Shown here piece by piece: positions 9,517-19,817 of a stretch of 64,000 nucleotides of DNA. The notes beneath the pieces were generated by a model. It did no database searches, was not told the DNA's origin, and was given only the letters and a program-made list of their open reading frames with translations. The position numbers and the translations under genes are program-made. The DNA lies in NCBI GenBank assembly GCA_032128115.1, contig JAQBHB010000093.1:177599-241598 (forward strand). Reading direction: 5' to 3'. Every line of letters begins with the position of its first letter. The stretch's first letter is position 1. This DNA is from Deltaproteobacteria bacterium. Lineage in GTDB: Bacteria > Myxococcota_A > UBA9160 > SMWR01.

Positions 9517-10551
9517 ATGAAGGCGCTGCAGGTTACTCGCAACGGAAGGCCGAGCGAAGTGCTCGAGGTGGTCGATTTGGATCGGCCCGAGCCCGGCCCG
9601 GGCCAGGTCCGCATCCAGGTTGCTGCAGGCTCGCTCAACTTCAACGACCTGAACCGCTGCTACGGACGGGTGACCACGATTCCCATGCCGCCGCCCTTCA
9701 CCCTGGGCATGGACGTGTGCGGGAGCGTGGACGCGGCGGGGGAGGGTGCCGAAGCGTGGCTCGGGCGGCGCGTGGTCGCCATCACGCAGATGGCCCGCGG
9801 CGGGCTGGCCGAGTACGCGCTGGCACCCCTGGACTCGGTGTTCGAGGCGCCGCCGGAGCTGGACGACGCCGAGGCCACCGCATTGGTGATCCCGTACCAC
9901 ACGACGCACCTGGCGCTGTTCGAACGGGGCGGCTTGCGCGCTGGCGAAACGCTACTGGTGACCGCCGGCGCCAGTGGTCTCGGGACGGCGGCAATCCAGC
10001 TGGGCCTCGCCGCGGGCGCCCGGGTGTTCGCCACGGCGGGCGGGCCCGAAAAGACGTCTTTGTGTGAAGAGCTCGGAGCCGAACTCGTGATCGATCACCG
10101 GAAGCTGGAGTTCGCGACGGCGGTGCTTGACCACACGGGAGACGTGGGCGCCCAGGTGATCTGCGACCTGGCCGGCGGGAGCTTCGCACTCGGGGCCTTC
10201 CGCTGCATCGCCCGCGGCGGGCGCTACCTGGCGGTGGGCTTCGCCGACGACCCGGAAGGCGGCCAGACGGGTGTCTCGCTGCGGCCGGCCTGCGTGGGAA
10301 ACTTCTCCATCGTTGGCGTGATCGGCGCCTACGTCAGTCAGGTGCCGAGCGTCATCCGACGCACAGGCTTCAACCCCTTCGCCCGTGACGTCGCCGAGTC
10401 GGTGCACGCCCACCTGTTGCGTCTGGTGGCCAAGGGTGAGATCCGACCCGTCGTCGGTCGCCGGGTGTCGCTGCTCGAGGCGGGTGCCGCCCTGGAAGAT
10501 CATGAACAGCGACGAAGCCTGGGTCGCACGGTCGTGCTCCTGGACGCGTAA
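9517..10551 (+). CDS. NADPH:quinone oxidoreductase-like (MDR/zeta-crystallin family)
   Basis: MKALQV...PEPGPGQVRIQV, PPFTLGMD, LVTAGASGLGTAAIQL. Confidence 0.88.
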   Translation: MKALQVTRNGRPSEVLEVVDLDRPEPGPGQVRIQVAAGSLNFNDLNRCYGRVTTIPMPPPFTLGMDVCGSVDAAGEGAEAWLGRRVVAITQMARGGLAEYALAPLDSVFEAPPELDDAEATALVIPYHTTHLALFERGGLRAGETLLVTAGASGLGTAAIQLGLAAGARVFATAGGPEKTSLCEELGAELVIDHRKLEFATAVLDHTGDVGAQVICDLAGGSFALGAFRCIARGGRYLAVGFADDPEGGQTGVSLRPACVGNFSIVGVIGAYVSQVPSVIRRTGFNPFARDVAESVHAHLLRLVAKGEIRPVVGRRVSLLEAGAALEDHEQRRSLGRTVVLLDA

Positions 10552-11801
10552 TGCCGCCCCGGTACACCTTCCGCGACGGCCGGCTCCGCTCCCGGCCCCT
10601 GCGGCTCCTCAATCGGGTGGGGCGGTCGCTCGCCGCGGTGGGGGTGGCCTGGCCTTCGCTGTGGCCGGACTCGATCGTCGCCGCGGCACGCAAGCGCGCC
10701 GGCGAAAACGACATGGGGAGCGACAGTTACCGGGAACCTCTCGAGCGTTACCTGCAGGCAGCGCGGGAAGAAGCCGAACTCACCTCCTTCGGCCGGTTGG
10801 CCACTCGCGGGATGCTGATCTCCGCGCTCGCCAACCGCATCGCGCTGGCGGGCTGGGCGCGGGAGCACCCGGAGATCCGCGAGGAACGCATCGAGCGACC
10901 CTGGGTGATCGTGGGCCTGCCTCGGACCGGCACGAGCGTGCTCTCGATCCTGCTCGGCCTCGATCCCAACAGTCGCTCACTTCTGCAGTGGGAGGCGGCG
11001 CATCCGATTCCGCCGCCCACCCTGGCCACGGCATCCGGGGATCCGCGCATCGCGAAGCACGCCCGCGAGCTGGCCACGCTGGCCAGGCTCACCCCCGCCA
11101 TGGCCGCCATGTACCCCTTCGGTGCCACATTGGCCCAGGAGTGCGTGGCCCTGCATCTGTACGATGTGCGCACGCTGGGAGTCGAGACGCAGGCCTACGT
11201 GCCCAGCTACGGCCGCTGGCTCCAGAAATGCGACATGGCCCCCGCGTATGCGCAGCACCGGCTGGCTCTCCAGTCCCTGCAGTCGGCACAGCCCACGGGG
11301 CACTGGGTGCTGAAAACGCCCAACCACCTGTGGTGTCTGGAGACCCTTCGCTCCTTCTACCCGGACGCCCGCATCCTCTGGACCCACCGGGATCCGGGCA
11401 CCGTGGTTTCGTCCCTGGCCAGTCTGGTGAACACCGCACAGGCACTGTTCAGCGACCGACGCGATCCCAAGCCCGCCGCCGACGAGTGGCGGGGGAAAGC
11501 CCGTCACGCCATCGATTCGGGCATGGCCTTCGATGCGTCACATGCCGGCGGGTGGTGCCACCACATCCGCTACGCGGACTTCATGCGGGACGAAATCGCC
11601 AGCGTGCGCTCGATCTATGCTCATTTCGACGAAGAGGTGAGCCCTCTGCACGAGCGCCGCATGCGCGCCTGGTTGCGCGACCGGCCCCAGCACGGGCTCG
11701 GCCGCCACGTCTACGACCCGGCCGATTTCGGCTGGAGCTACGAAGAGTTGGCTGAGGATTTCCGCGGCTACCGGGAGCGATACGAGATTCCGCGCGAGTG
11801 A
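10551..11801 (+). CDS. sulfotransferase family protein (mycobacterial-type)
   Basis: PAPS-binding IVGLPRTGTS, WVLKTPNH, WTHRDP; TAATG overlap with upstream gene. Confidence 0.88.
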   Translation: MPPRYTFRDGRLRSRPLRLLNRVGRSLAAVGVAWPSLWPDSIVAAARKRAGENDMGSDSYREPLERYLQAAREEAELTSFGRLATRGMLISALANRIALAGWAREHPEIREERIERPWVIVGLPRTGTSVLSILLGLDPNSRSLLQWEAAHPIPPPTLATASGDPRIAKHARELATLARLTPAMAAMYPFGATLAQECVALHLYDVRTLGVETQAYVPSYGRWLQKCDMAPAYAQHRLALQSLQSAQPTGHWVLKTPNHLWCLETLRSFYPDARILWTHRDPGTVVSSLASLVNTAQALFSDRRDPKPAADEWRGKARHAIDSGMAFDASHAGGWCHHIRYADFMRDEIASVRSIYAHFDEEVSPLHERRMRAWLRDRPQHGLGRHVYDPADFGWSYEELAEDFRGYRERYEIPRE

Positions 11802-11883
11802 GGCCGACACGCGTGCCGCGGGCATGGTGGAACGTCGACCGATCTAGGACACTGGAGCCCTGTGAAGCCACGAGGAGGTAGGC

Positions 11884-12759
11884 ATGAAGGTCGCCACGAT
11901 CGCCGAGATCCACCGATACCCGGTGAAGAGCATGCAGGGAGAGCGCCTCGAATCCGTCGCGGTGGCTGAGGACGGCTTGCGCGGCGACCGCAGCTGGGCC
12001 ATCCGGGACGAAGCGCGGGGCGGGATCGAGGGCGGGCGCAAGCTGCCCTCGCTGCTTGCATGCACGGCGCGATTTTCCGAAGCCGTGGGAGATGACGGAC
12101 CGCTGCCGGTGCCGGAGATCGAGGTCCCCGATGGCACGCGACTTCTCGCCGACGATCCGGAGGCGGCGAAGCGTCTCAGCGAGCTGGCGGGCCGGAGCCT
12201 GACCCTCTGGCCGCGGGTCGCTGCCGATGACGAGGCGCATTATCGCCGTGGAGCGCCCGACCACGACGACCTGCTGGAGGAGCTGCGGGGGATCTTCGGT
12301 CGGCTGCCCGACGAGCCCCTGCCGGATATCGGCTCGCTCCCGCCGGAGATCCTCACCGCCAGCACGCTTCCCGGCACGTACTTCGACGCGTACCCGCTCT
12401 TCCTTCTCTCCACGGCGTCTCTCGCCAGTCTGCAGGCGGCCCAGCCGGCTTCGCGTTTCGACGCCCGGCGTTTCCGCCCGAACCTGCTGCTGGAGGTCGA
12501 AGCGGACGGCGGATTTCCCGAGAACGCCTGGGTGGGCAAGCGTCTGCGAGCAGGAGATGCCGTGTTTCGGGTCGCGATGAAATGTCCGCGCTGTTTGATG
12601 ACGACCCACGCCTTTGCCGATCTGCCCAAGGATCCGAAGATCATGCGCACCCTGGTGAAGGAGAACGGCGGCGATCTGGGCGTGTACGCGGCGGTGGAGA
12701 CGCCTGGAACCGTGCGCGCCGGGGACGCGGTGGAGGTGATCGGCGACAGCGCCCCGTGA
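11884..12759 (+). CDS. MOSC domain-containing protein
   Basis: RYPVKSMQGE, GDRSWA, RRFRPNL, CPRCLMTT, GVYAAVETPG. Confidence 0.92.
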   Translation: MKVATIAEIHRYPVKSMQGERLESVAVAEDGLRGDRSWAIRDEARGGIEGGRKLPSLLACTARFSEAVGDDGPLPVPEIEVPDGTRLLADDPEAAKRLSELAGRSLTLWPRVAADDEAHYRRGAPDHDDLLEELRGIFGRLPDEPLPDIGSLPPEILTASTLPGTYFDAYPLFLLSTASLASLQAAQPASRFDARRFRPNLLLEVEADGGFPENAWVGKRLRAGDAVFRVAMKCPRCLMTTHAFADLPKDPKIMRTLVKENGGDLGVYAAVETPGTVRAGDAVEVIGDSAP

Positions 12760-14078
12760 CCGTGTCCCCGCAGCAGCATCGCCGGCGGCTTGCGCTCGGT
12801 CTGGGCCTTCTGGTGGCGACTCCGGGCTGCGCTGCGCCGCGCACCGGGCCGCCCGACGTCGTCTTGATCGTGCTCGACACCCTGCGCCCCGACCACCTGG
12901 GCGTCTACGGCTATGAACGCGAGACCGCGCCGTTTCTCGCGGATTGGGCCCGGCGCTCGGTGGTCTTCCGGCGTGCGTTCTCGGCTTCGACCTGGACGGC
13001 TCCCTCCACAGCCTCGATCTTCACGTCCCTGTTTCCCGTTCAGCACGGTGTGGTCGAGGGCATCTTCGTTCACGAGGTCCGGGCCCGGACGGTGGCAGAG
13101 ACGGGCCGGAGCAGCCTGCCACTCAACCGGATTCCGCAGGCCGTGTCCACGCTCCCCGAGATCCTGAAGGCGGCGGGCTACCAGACGTTCGGCGTGGCAT
13201 CGAATGTCAACATCGGTCCGGAGATCGGCTTTTCCCGGGGCTTCGATCGTTTCGACCGACTCATGGATCGCGACGCGGGCGAACTGTTCGCGCGCCTTCG
13301 GGACTGGGAGTCCGACTTCGATGCGACGAAGCCGCGTTTCATCTATCTCCACTTCGACGACGTCCACGAGCCCTACGCCCGGCGAGAACCCTGGTTCGAG
13401 GCCTCGGGCACCACGTTGGGCGACCTGGAAGCTGCCTACGACAGTGAGATCTCGTATGTGGACGATGTTCTGCGCCAGATGTTCGAATACTTCGATTGGG
13501 ATAGGGACGCGATCGTCGTGATCGCGTCGGACCATGGAGAGGAGTTCATGGAACACGGAGAGCTCGGTCACGGGTTGTCGCTCCACCGCGAACTCCTCCA
13601 GGTTCTGCTCCTGCTGCGGGCACCAGTCAGGGGAGAAGAGGGCCAGATCGTGACCCGGAACGTCACGACGCTGGACCTGTTGCCGACCCTCGCGGAACTC
13701 ATCGGGCTCGAACCTCGCGAAGAGTGGGAGGGCCGTTCGCTCGTCGGCCTGCTCGATGGAGACGCGGTCATTGGGGAGCGAACCCTCTTCGGCCACCGAC
13801 GCCTCGAGGGCGATCCGCCCGCCGAGCTGTGGACAGCCGTCTCCGGCGACTGGCATCTGATCGAGCGGGACGGGCACTTCCAGCTCTACAACCTCTCGAA
13901 CGATCCGCAAGAGAGACTCGACCTCTCCGCAGCGCGCCGGGACGTGACGGCAAGACTTGCGGCCGAGCTCGAGGCGTTCCGAAGCTCGCTCCGGCCCCAC
14001 GCCGCCGCCGAGACCTACGAATACGAACTCGATCCGGAGGGCGTCGAACGGCTGCGCGGCCTGGGGTACGTGGAGTGA
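12756..14078 (+). CDS. sulfatase-like (alkaline phosphatase superfamily) protein, probably exported
   Basis: DVVLIVLDTLRPDHL, WTAPSTAS, SDHGEEF, LYNLSNDPQE, ERLRGLGY; hydrophobic N-terminus with GC; GTG overlaps upstream stop. Confidence 0.85.
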   Translation: MTVSPQQHRRRLALGLGLLVATPGCAAPRTGPPDVVLIVLDTLRPDHLGVYGYERETAPFLADWARRSVVFRRAFSASTWTAPSTASIFTSLFPVQHGVVEGIFVHEVRARTVAETGRSSLPLNRIPQAVSTLPEILKAAGYQTFGVASNVNIGPEIGFSRGFDRFDRLMDRDAGELFARLRDWESDFDATKPRFIYLHFDDVHEPYARREPWFEASGTTLGDLEAAYDSEISYVDDVLRQMFEYFDWDRDAIVVIASDHGEEFMEHGELGHGLSLHRELLQVLLLLRAPVRGEEGQIVTRNVTTLDLLPTLAELIGLEPREEWEGRSLVGLLDGDAVIGERTLFGHRRLEGDPPAELWTAVSGDWHLIERDGHFQLYNLSNDPQERLDLSAARRDVTARLAAELEAFRSSLRPHAAAETYEYELDPEGVERLRGLGYVE

Positions 14079-14115
14079 GTTCCGCGCGGACGCAAGGATC
14101 GGTATCGTGACTTCC

Positions 14116-15687
14116 ATGTCACAGGAAGACTTCGACGTCGCCATCGTGGGACTGGGCCCCGTGGGTGCCTTCACGGGGCTACTGCTCGCCGAAGCGGGGC
14201 TCCGGGTCGCGATTTTCGAGCGGTCCCTGGAACCGGTCGTGCTGCCGCGAGCCGTGGGGCTCGACGGCGAGTCGGTGCGCGCTTTCCAGCGGATCGGACT
14301 AGGCGATACGGTTGCGGCGATCCTGCAGGCGCCGCGCGAGAAGGATCGCGTCTGCTTCACCGACTCGAAGCGCCGCATCCTGTTCGGGCTCGAGATCCCG
14401 GAGCACGGGGCCAATGGCTGGCGCGACATCGCGTTCTTCGATCAGCCCGAGCTCGAAGCCCTGTTGCGAGATCATGTCGTTCAGCACGAACGGATCGAGA
14501 TTTTCCTGGGCCGCGAGGTCACCGGACTCGAGCAGACGGACGCCGGAGTCCGCCTGCAAGCCACGGATCCCGTTGCGGGCGCGACCACCACGCGGGCCGC
14601 GTATGCAATCGGCTGCGACGGGGCCTCGAGCTTCGTGCGGCGCGCGGTCGGAATCGAGTGGCTGAGTCTGGGCTACGACCAGGACTGGCTCGTGGTCGAC
14701 ATCACGCAGGGCCCCGATGCGGAGCTGCCCCTGGAGACCATGCAGGTCTGCGATCCGGAGCGGCTCACCACCTACGTGTGCGTGAAGGACCCGAATCGCC
14801 GCTGGGAGTTCCAGTTGCTCGAGGGCGAGACCCGCGAGGAGATGTTGCGGCCGGAGCGGATCGAGGCCCTGCTGCGGCCGTGGCTCCCTCCCGAGCACTA
14901 CGAGATCCGGCGCGCAGCCGTCTACCAGTTTCACGCCGCCACGGCGAGCCGCTGGCAGCAGGGTCGCGTCTTCCTGGCGGGAGACGCCGCCCACCAGACA
15001 CCTCCCTTCCTCGGCCAGGGGCTCAACGCCGGCTTCCGCGACGCTGTCAATCTGGGTTGGAAGATCCCACTCGTGCAATCGGGGACCTGTGCATTCGATC
15101 TGCTCGAGACCTACGCGGCCGAGCGGGATGCCCATGCGCGCGACCTGGTAGAAGGGGCTGTGGCGGTGGGAAAGCTGATGGAAACCCTGGCGGCGCGCGA
15201 AGCGGGTCGGCCGGATCCCCACGTGGCCGATCCGCGTTCGGGCTACGGGGCGGGACGCAGGATGCCCCCCCTGCGCGACGGTGTGTTGGTGGACGAGCAG
15301 ACCGGCGCGGATCGTCCTGTGGGGAACCTGCTGGGTCAGCCCAGCGTCCGCGGACTCGATGGCAGCGAGTGCCGGTTCGACGACTTGTTGGGAAGCGGCT
15401 TCGCCGTGGTGGGCCGCAAGCGCAGTGATCTGCGCCTGGGTCGCGAGGGCGAGGCCATCCTGGAACGACTGGATGGCAGGGCGCTCGGGCTCGAGGACCT
15501 GACGATCGTCCGGGGCGAACACGATCCGCTGTTCGATACCCATCCCGCGCTGGTGCTTCGCCCCGACCGCTACATCTTCGGAGTGGTGGACGCGGACTGG
15601 AACCTGGATCGATTGTTGGCGGAGCTGGCCCGAAAGCTGTGCCTGGGGTCGAATGCCTCCCCCCAGGGGTCGAACGCCTCCCCCTAG
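14116..15687 (+). CDS. FAD-dependent aromatic monooxygenase, MhpA-like
   Basis: VGLGPVG, IGCDGASSFVR, VFLAGDAAHQTPPFLGQGLNAG, LRPDRYIFG. Confidence 0.88.
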   Translation: MSQEDFDVAIVGLGPVGAFTGLLLAEAGLRVAIFERSLEPVVLPRAVGLDGESVRAFQRIGLGDTVAAILQAPREKDRVCFTDSKRRILFGLEIPEHGANGWRDIAFFDQPELEALLRDHVVQHERIEIFLGREVTGLEQTDAGVRLQATDPVAGATTTRAAYAIGCDGASSFVRRAVGIEWLSLGYDQDWLVVDITQGPDAELPLETMQVCDPERLTTYVCVKDPNRRWEFQLLEGETREEMLRPERIEALLRPWLPPEHYEIRRAAVYQFHAATASRWQQGRVFLAGDAAHQTPPFLGQGLNAGFRDAVNLGWKIPLVQSGTCAFDLLETYAAERDAHARDLVEGAVAVGKLMETLAAREAGRPDPHVADPRSGYGAGRRMPPLRDGVLVDEQTGADRPVGNLLGQPSVRGLDGSECRFDDLLGSGFAVVGRKRSDLRLGREGEAILERLDGRALGLEDLTIVRGEHDPLFDTHPALVLRPDRYIFGVVDADWNLDRLLAELARKLCLGSNASPQGSNASP

Positions 15688-16736
15688 AGCAGTGGAAATG
15701 CCTCGACGGCGTCGCGGAGCAGCTGCTTCACGTGCATCCGAACGTCCTCTTCGGTGTTCCCCAGACGCACCACCACGAGATCACGCGTGGGAACCACGGC
15801 GATGTACTGGCCGTGAAACCCGGAAGCGTGGAAGATGCCCGAGCCGTCCCGAGCCAGCCACCAGTGAGCGCCGTATTGGTCGAAGGAGGGAATCGTGAGC
15901 GAGCGTCCGTGGTCCACCCATCCCTCGGGAAGGATCCGCTCGCCCGCCCACACCCCGTCGCGCAGGTAGAGGAGCCCGAAGCGGGCGAAGTCGCGCGCCG
16001 TAGCGAAGACATAGGACGAGCCCACGAAATTTCCCGCCGGGTCGAAGCGCGCGGTGGCCGTGCGCATGCCGATCCGGTCGAACAGCTCCTGCTGCATGAA
16101 GTCGCGCATACCCACCTCGCCGCCGCCCACGTTGCGCGCCACGATCGCTGCCACCACGTTGGAGGTCCCGCTCGAGTAGTTCCAGTACGTGCCGGGCTTC
16201 CGAGCCAGTCGGCGGGCCTCGGCGTAGGCCACCACGTCGTCCCGGCCCGATCGGAAGATCATTTCGATGACATCGGAGCGGCCATCGGGCAGGTAGACCT
16301 CGACGAAGTCGAGGCCGTCGCACATCCGCAGCAGGTCTTCGGTGCTGATGCCGCCTCGAGGATCCCCGGATTCCCGCCAGGCGGGCACGGGGGCCGGCTC
16401 GTGCAGGTCCAGATGGCCGCCGCCCACGCGCAGTCCCACCAGGGCGTGGGTGATGCTCTTGGCCATCGACCACGAGATGCAAGTCGTATCGGGGTTGTGC
16501 AGAGGGCCGTAGGCTTCGCAGACGATCCGTCCGCGATGCACGAAGACCAGCGCGTGGGTATCGCCCGTTCGCGTGGGATCCGGCTCCCGGACGAGGTCGC
16601 GCACCACCCGATCGAGTGCCGCGATATCCACGTCGGAATCCGGGGGGGCCTCGGGCCATTTCTCCGCGGGCCACGGGACTCCCGGCGGCTGGGACGGGAG
16701 GCGAGGCATGGGGACGGCCAGTTCCGGGTGGGGCAC
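15684..16736 (-). CDS. serine hydrolase, beta-lactamase class C / NylB-like
   Basis: SMAK (SxxK), WNYSSG, FHASGFHGQ; SD GAGGAGG before GTG. Confidence 0.88.
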   Translation of the reverse strand: MPHPELAVPMPRLPSQPPGVPWPAEKWPEAPPDSDVDIAALDRVVRDLVREPDPTRTGDTHALVFVHRGRIVCEAYGPLHNPDTTCISWSMAKSITHALVGLRVGGGHLDLHEPAPVPAWRESGDPRGGISTEDLLRMCDGLDFVEVYLPDGRSDVIEMIFRSGRDDVVAYAEARRLARKPGTYWNYSSGTSNVVAAIVARNVGGGEVGMRDFMQQELFDRIGMRTATARFDPAGNFVGSSYVFATARDFARFGLLYLRDGVWAGERILPEGWVDHGRSLTIPSFDQYGAHWWLARDGSGIFHASGFHGQYIAVVPTRDLVVVRLGNTEEDVRMHVKQLLRDAVEAFPLL

Positions 16737-16918
16737 GAGGCCTCCTCGCAGGGGCACGCGGATGATACGTTGGCCGCGGCCGCAAGGGAGTCCGAAACCC
16801 TGACGGGTCCCGTTTATTCCACCCGCAGCGACCCGCTGACGCCGGGATTGGGCGTATGCGAGCGTCTTCGACGCGCTAGCATGATCCGCCCAGTACCCGC
16901 GGAACACGAGGGAGAAAC

Positions 16919-17482
16919 GTGAGCGACACGCACGATGAATTGGGCCCGCTCGCCGGCCTGGTCGGCAACTGGGAAGGCGACAAGGGTACCGACACGGCCC
17001 CCGACGACGACCCGGTGAGCCGGGAGATCAACAAGTACCGCGAGCGCATGACGTTTGCGCCCACGGGGCTCGTGGCGAACCACGATCAGAAACTCTACGG
17101 GCTCCGTTACGCCACCACCGCCTGGCGCCTGGGCGCTGAGGATCCGTTTCACGAGGAGCTTGGCTACTGGCTGTGGGACGAGGCCGCGAAGCAGGTGCTG
17201 CGCTGCTTCATGGTGCCGCGCGGCGTGACCGTGATCGCCGGCGGAACCGCCGAGCCGGGCGCGAAGTCGTTCCGGCTGGCGGCCGAGGTGAGCTCCCAGA
17301 CCTATGGGATCTGCTCGAACCGGTTCCTGGACGATCGGTTCAAGACCATGCGCTACGAGTTGACCTTCGAGCGGCGCGGCGCCAACACGATCGCGTATCG
17401 CGAAAATACGCTGTTGAAGATCAAGGGGCAGAAGGATCTCTTCCACCACACGGATGAAAACACCCTGACCCGGGTCGACTAG
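16919..17482 (+). CDS. nitrobindin/FABP-like heme-binding beta-barrel protein (DUF1794)
   Basis: LGPLAGLVGNWEG, LYGLRY, FHEELGYWLWD, FHHTDENTL. Confidence 0.8.
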   Translation: MSDTHDELGPLAGLVGNWEGDKGTDTAPDDDPVSREINKYRERMTFAPTGLVANHDQKLYGLRYATTAWRLGAEDPFHEELGYWLWDEAAKQVLRCFMVPRGVTVIAGGTAEPGAKSFRLAAEVSSQTYGICSNRFLDDRFKTMRYELTFERRGANTIAYRENTLLKIKGQKDLFHHTDENTLTRVD

Positions 17483-17485
17483 GGG

Positions 17486-18034
17486 CTACCGGAAGGACCG
17501 CTCGAACAGCTCTTCGATGGCCTGGGAGCCCGCCTCTTCCAGGAATCGCGTTCCCGTGCCCGTGAACCGGGGCTGGTGGATGACCGGCGTCGCGTCGTCG
17601 TCCCACTTCTCGCCCGTCCAGCGGCACCAGCGGGCCCGGGGCTGATCGAACACGAACAGGGGCTTGTTGCAGAGCTTGGCGAATTCCGCACCCCAGCCGG
17701 TCCCGCCCTTGACCGTGTTGTCCTCCAGGATCCTTCCCACCACGAAGACTTCGAAGCCGCTGTTCACCTGATGCCAGATGCTCTGGAGCACACGGCGGAA
17801 GAGGCGGGTGTCGCGAAATTCCCGGTTCATGAGGCGGCCCACATAGGTGAGGCTCACGTCTCCCTGCTTGAGCTCGGGCTCGGTCAGCACGCGGATTCCG
17901 CGCGTGCGGGCGTCGTTGTGGCCCTCGAAGGTAAAGTTCACCTCCGCGATCCCCCGGCGCTCGGCGGCGGCCCCGAAGGCGGCTTCGGCGCCGTTGGCGG
18001 CGCCACTGAAGAGGATGCATTCCTCGGTTTTCAT
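17486..18034 (-). CDS. conserved hypothetical protein, probable SLOG-superfamily nucleotide-binding fold
   Basis: LFSGAANGAEAAF, KGGTGWGAEFAK..NKPLFVFDQ, FTGTGTR. Confidence 0.6.
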   Translation of the reverse strand: MKTEECILFSGAANGAEAAFGAAAERRGIAEVNFTFEGHNDARTRGIRVLTEPELKQGDVSLTYVGRLMNREFRDTRLFRRVLQSIWHQVNSGFEVFVVGRILEDNTVKGGTGWGAEFAKLCNKPLFVFDQPRARWCRWTGEKWDDDATPVIHQPRFTGTGTRFLEEAGSQAIEELFERSFR

Positions 18035-18234
18035 GGCTTCTCTCCATCGAAGACGGCATTCCGGGCCCGACGGGATTCCGGGCTGGCGGATTGTAGCGGG
18101 TATCCCGGCCCTGGCGGCGGCCCCCGGTATCATCGATTGTCCTGGGCAGCGAAGTGAAGGACCGAATCCAATGACCGTCCCCGTCGGATTCGGGTCTCGG
18201 GCGAGCCTCTCGAGAATTCACGCCAGGCGAGAAT

Positions 18235-19665
18235 TCAAGCCAGGCGAGGCCGCTCGCCTGACCGCTGTGCCGGGGTCTCCTCCAGCGCGTCGCAGAGTTC
18301 GTCAAGGGCTTGCTCGATCCCCCGGGCCAGCGGCCACGGGTCGGGAATGCGCTCGCCGCAGGCGACGATGCCGAAGTCGAGATCGTTCTCGCGGCTGAGC
18401 ACCGTGATGTTCAAGGTCGCGCCGTCGAAGATGGGGCCCAGGGGATGGATCCCCACCAGCCGGGCACCGCCCAGATAGAGAGGCACCGGCGGTCCGGGAA
18501 CATTCGACACCACCAGGTTGCAGAGCGGCGACATCCGACGCCAGAGGTCGAACGCGCTGTAAGCGCGGGCAATCAGTGCGGCCTCGATGGGGAGGATCAG
18601 ATCCGCCCAGATGGCGAGGCTGTCGCCGAAGACGTTGCGCTGGCGTCTCTTTGCCCGCTGTGCGCTGTCTCGGATCGCGCGCAGCCGATCGAGAGGATCC
18701 GCGAGCTGGGTCGCTAGCTCCACGTAGGCAACCGAGTAGGCGTTGGCCGCGTCGTCGCCGTCCTCGTGCAGCGAGACCGGGACGCCTGCCACCAGTTGTG
18801 GCCCCCCCAGCTCTCCCCGCCGGCGCGTTTCGCGACGCAGCGCGCCGGCCACCAGCGCCAGGATCACATCGTTCAGCGTGGCCGACAGGGCCGACCCGAC
18901 TTCCCGAACCCGATCCATCGGAACTGAGGTATAGGCGATGCTCCGCCGGTCGGACACGGAAGCATTGAGCCAGGAGAGCTCGACGTTCACGGGCTCCAGG
19001 TCGGAGTGCTGCGATCCATCGGAAACGAGGCGCCGAATTGCGAATCCGAGGGTGGAGACGGCAGCCCGGGCGATCCACACCGGGCGCGTCAGGAGAGAGG
19101 GCACGGCTCCCGTCAGGAGTTCGAGCGCACCAGGGGACGATGCAGCAACGGGAACGGGTTGGCAGGTGGGGGAGGGCGTGTCCGGTTCGCGGCTGAAGAG
19201 CGACGCCATGAACTTCACGCCCGCCATTCCGTCCATCATTGCGTGGTGGATTTTCGCAAGCACCGCGATCCGCCCACCCTGCACGCCCTCGACCACGACG
19301 ATTTCCCACATGGGCCGATTCCGGTCCAGGGGGCGCTCTTCGATCTCGGCGGCGAGTGCCGCCAGCTCCGCCGGGCCACCGGGTTCGGGTACGGCCGCCC
19401 GTCGCAGGTGTCGCGTGATGTCCAGATCGGGATCGTCCTTCCAGATCGGACGCGCCAGCCCCAACGGCGCCTGGGCCAGCCGCCTGTGTAGGGGGGGCAC
19501 CAGGTGGAGGCGTTCGCGGAAGAACTCGCGGAAGCGTTCGAACGAGTAGCCGCCGGGAATGGTGCCGGGGTCGAGCACCAGGATCGCCATCATGTGAAGC
19601 GCCTTGCCGGGCGACTCTGCCGACAGGAACACCGAATCGAGACCCGTCAGGCGGTGTGACGCCAA
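18235..19665 (-). CDS. wax ester synthase / diacylglycerol acyltransferase (WS/DGAT)
   Basis: RLTGLDSVFL, KIHHAMMDG (HHxxxDG), VVSNVPGP. Confidence 0.93.
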   Translation of the reverse strand: MASHRLTGLDSVFLSAESPGKALHMMAILVLDPGTIPGGYSFERFREFFRERLHLVPPLHRRLAQAPLGLARPIWKDDPDLDITRHLRRAAVPEPGGPAELAALAAEIEERPLDRNRPMWEIVVVEGVQGGRIAVLAKIHHAMMDGMAGVKFMASLFSREPDTPSPTCQPVPVAASSPGALELLTGAVPSLLTRPVWIARAAVSTLGFAIRRLVSDGSQHSDLEPVNVELSWLNASVSDRRSIAYTSVPMDRVREVGSALSATLNDVILALVAGALRRETRRRGELGGPQLVAGVPVSLHEDGDDAANAYSVAYVELATQLADPLDRLRAIRDSAQRAKRRQRNVFGDSLAIWADLILPIEAALIARAYSAFDLWRRMSPLCNLVVSNVPGPPVPLYLGGARLVGIHPLGPIFDGATLNITVLSRENDLDFGIVACGERIPDPWPLARGIEQALDELCDALEETPAQRSGERPRLA

Positions 19666-19817
19666 CGATCACCTCCGTGTGCAACAGAGCGTCCTTCAAG
19701 AATCGGGCCGTGCAAGACACCCGCAGAAGGGCGGAGGGCCCCGAGCGCGTAGCAGAATGCCTCACTCGCGGTTCCGCCCGCATCGCGCGAACATCCGAGC
19801 CCATGATTGGAATTCCG

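Noticed and set aside
15684..16736. Beta-lactam resistance gene
   Set aside because: The SxxK fold here is of the esterase/amide-hydrolase (NylB-like) type without a clear signal peptide; no evidence of resistance function.
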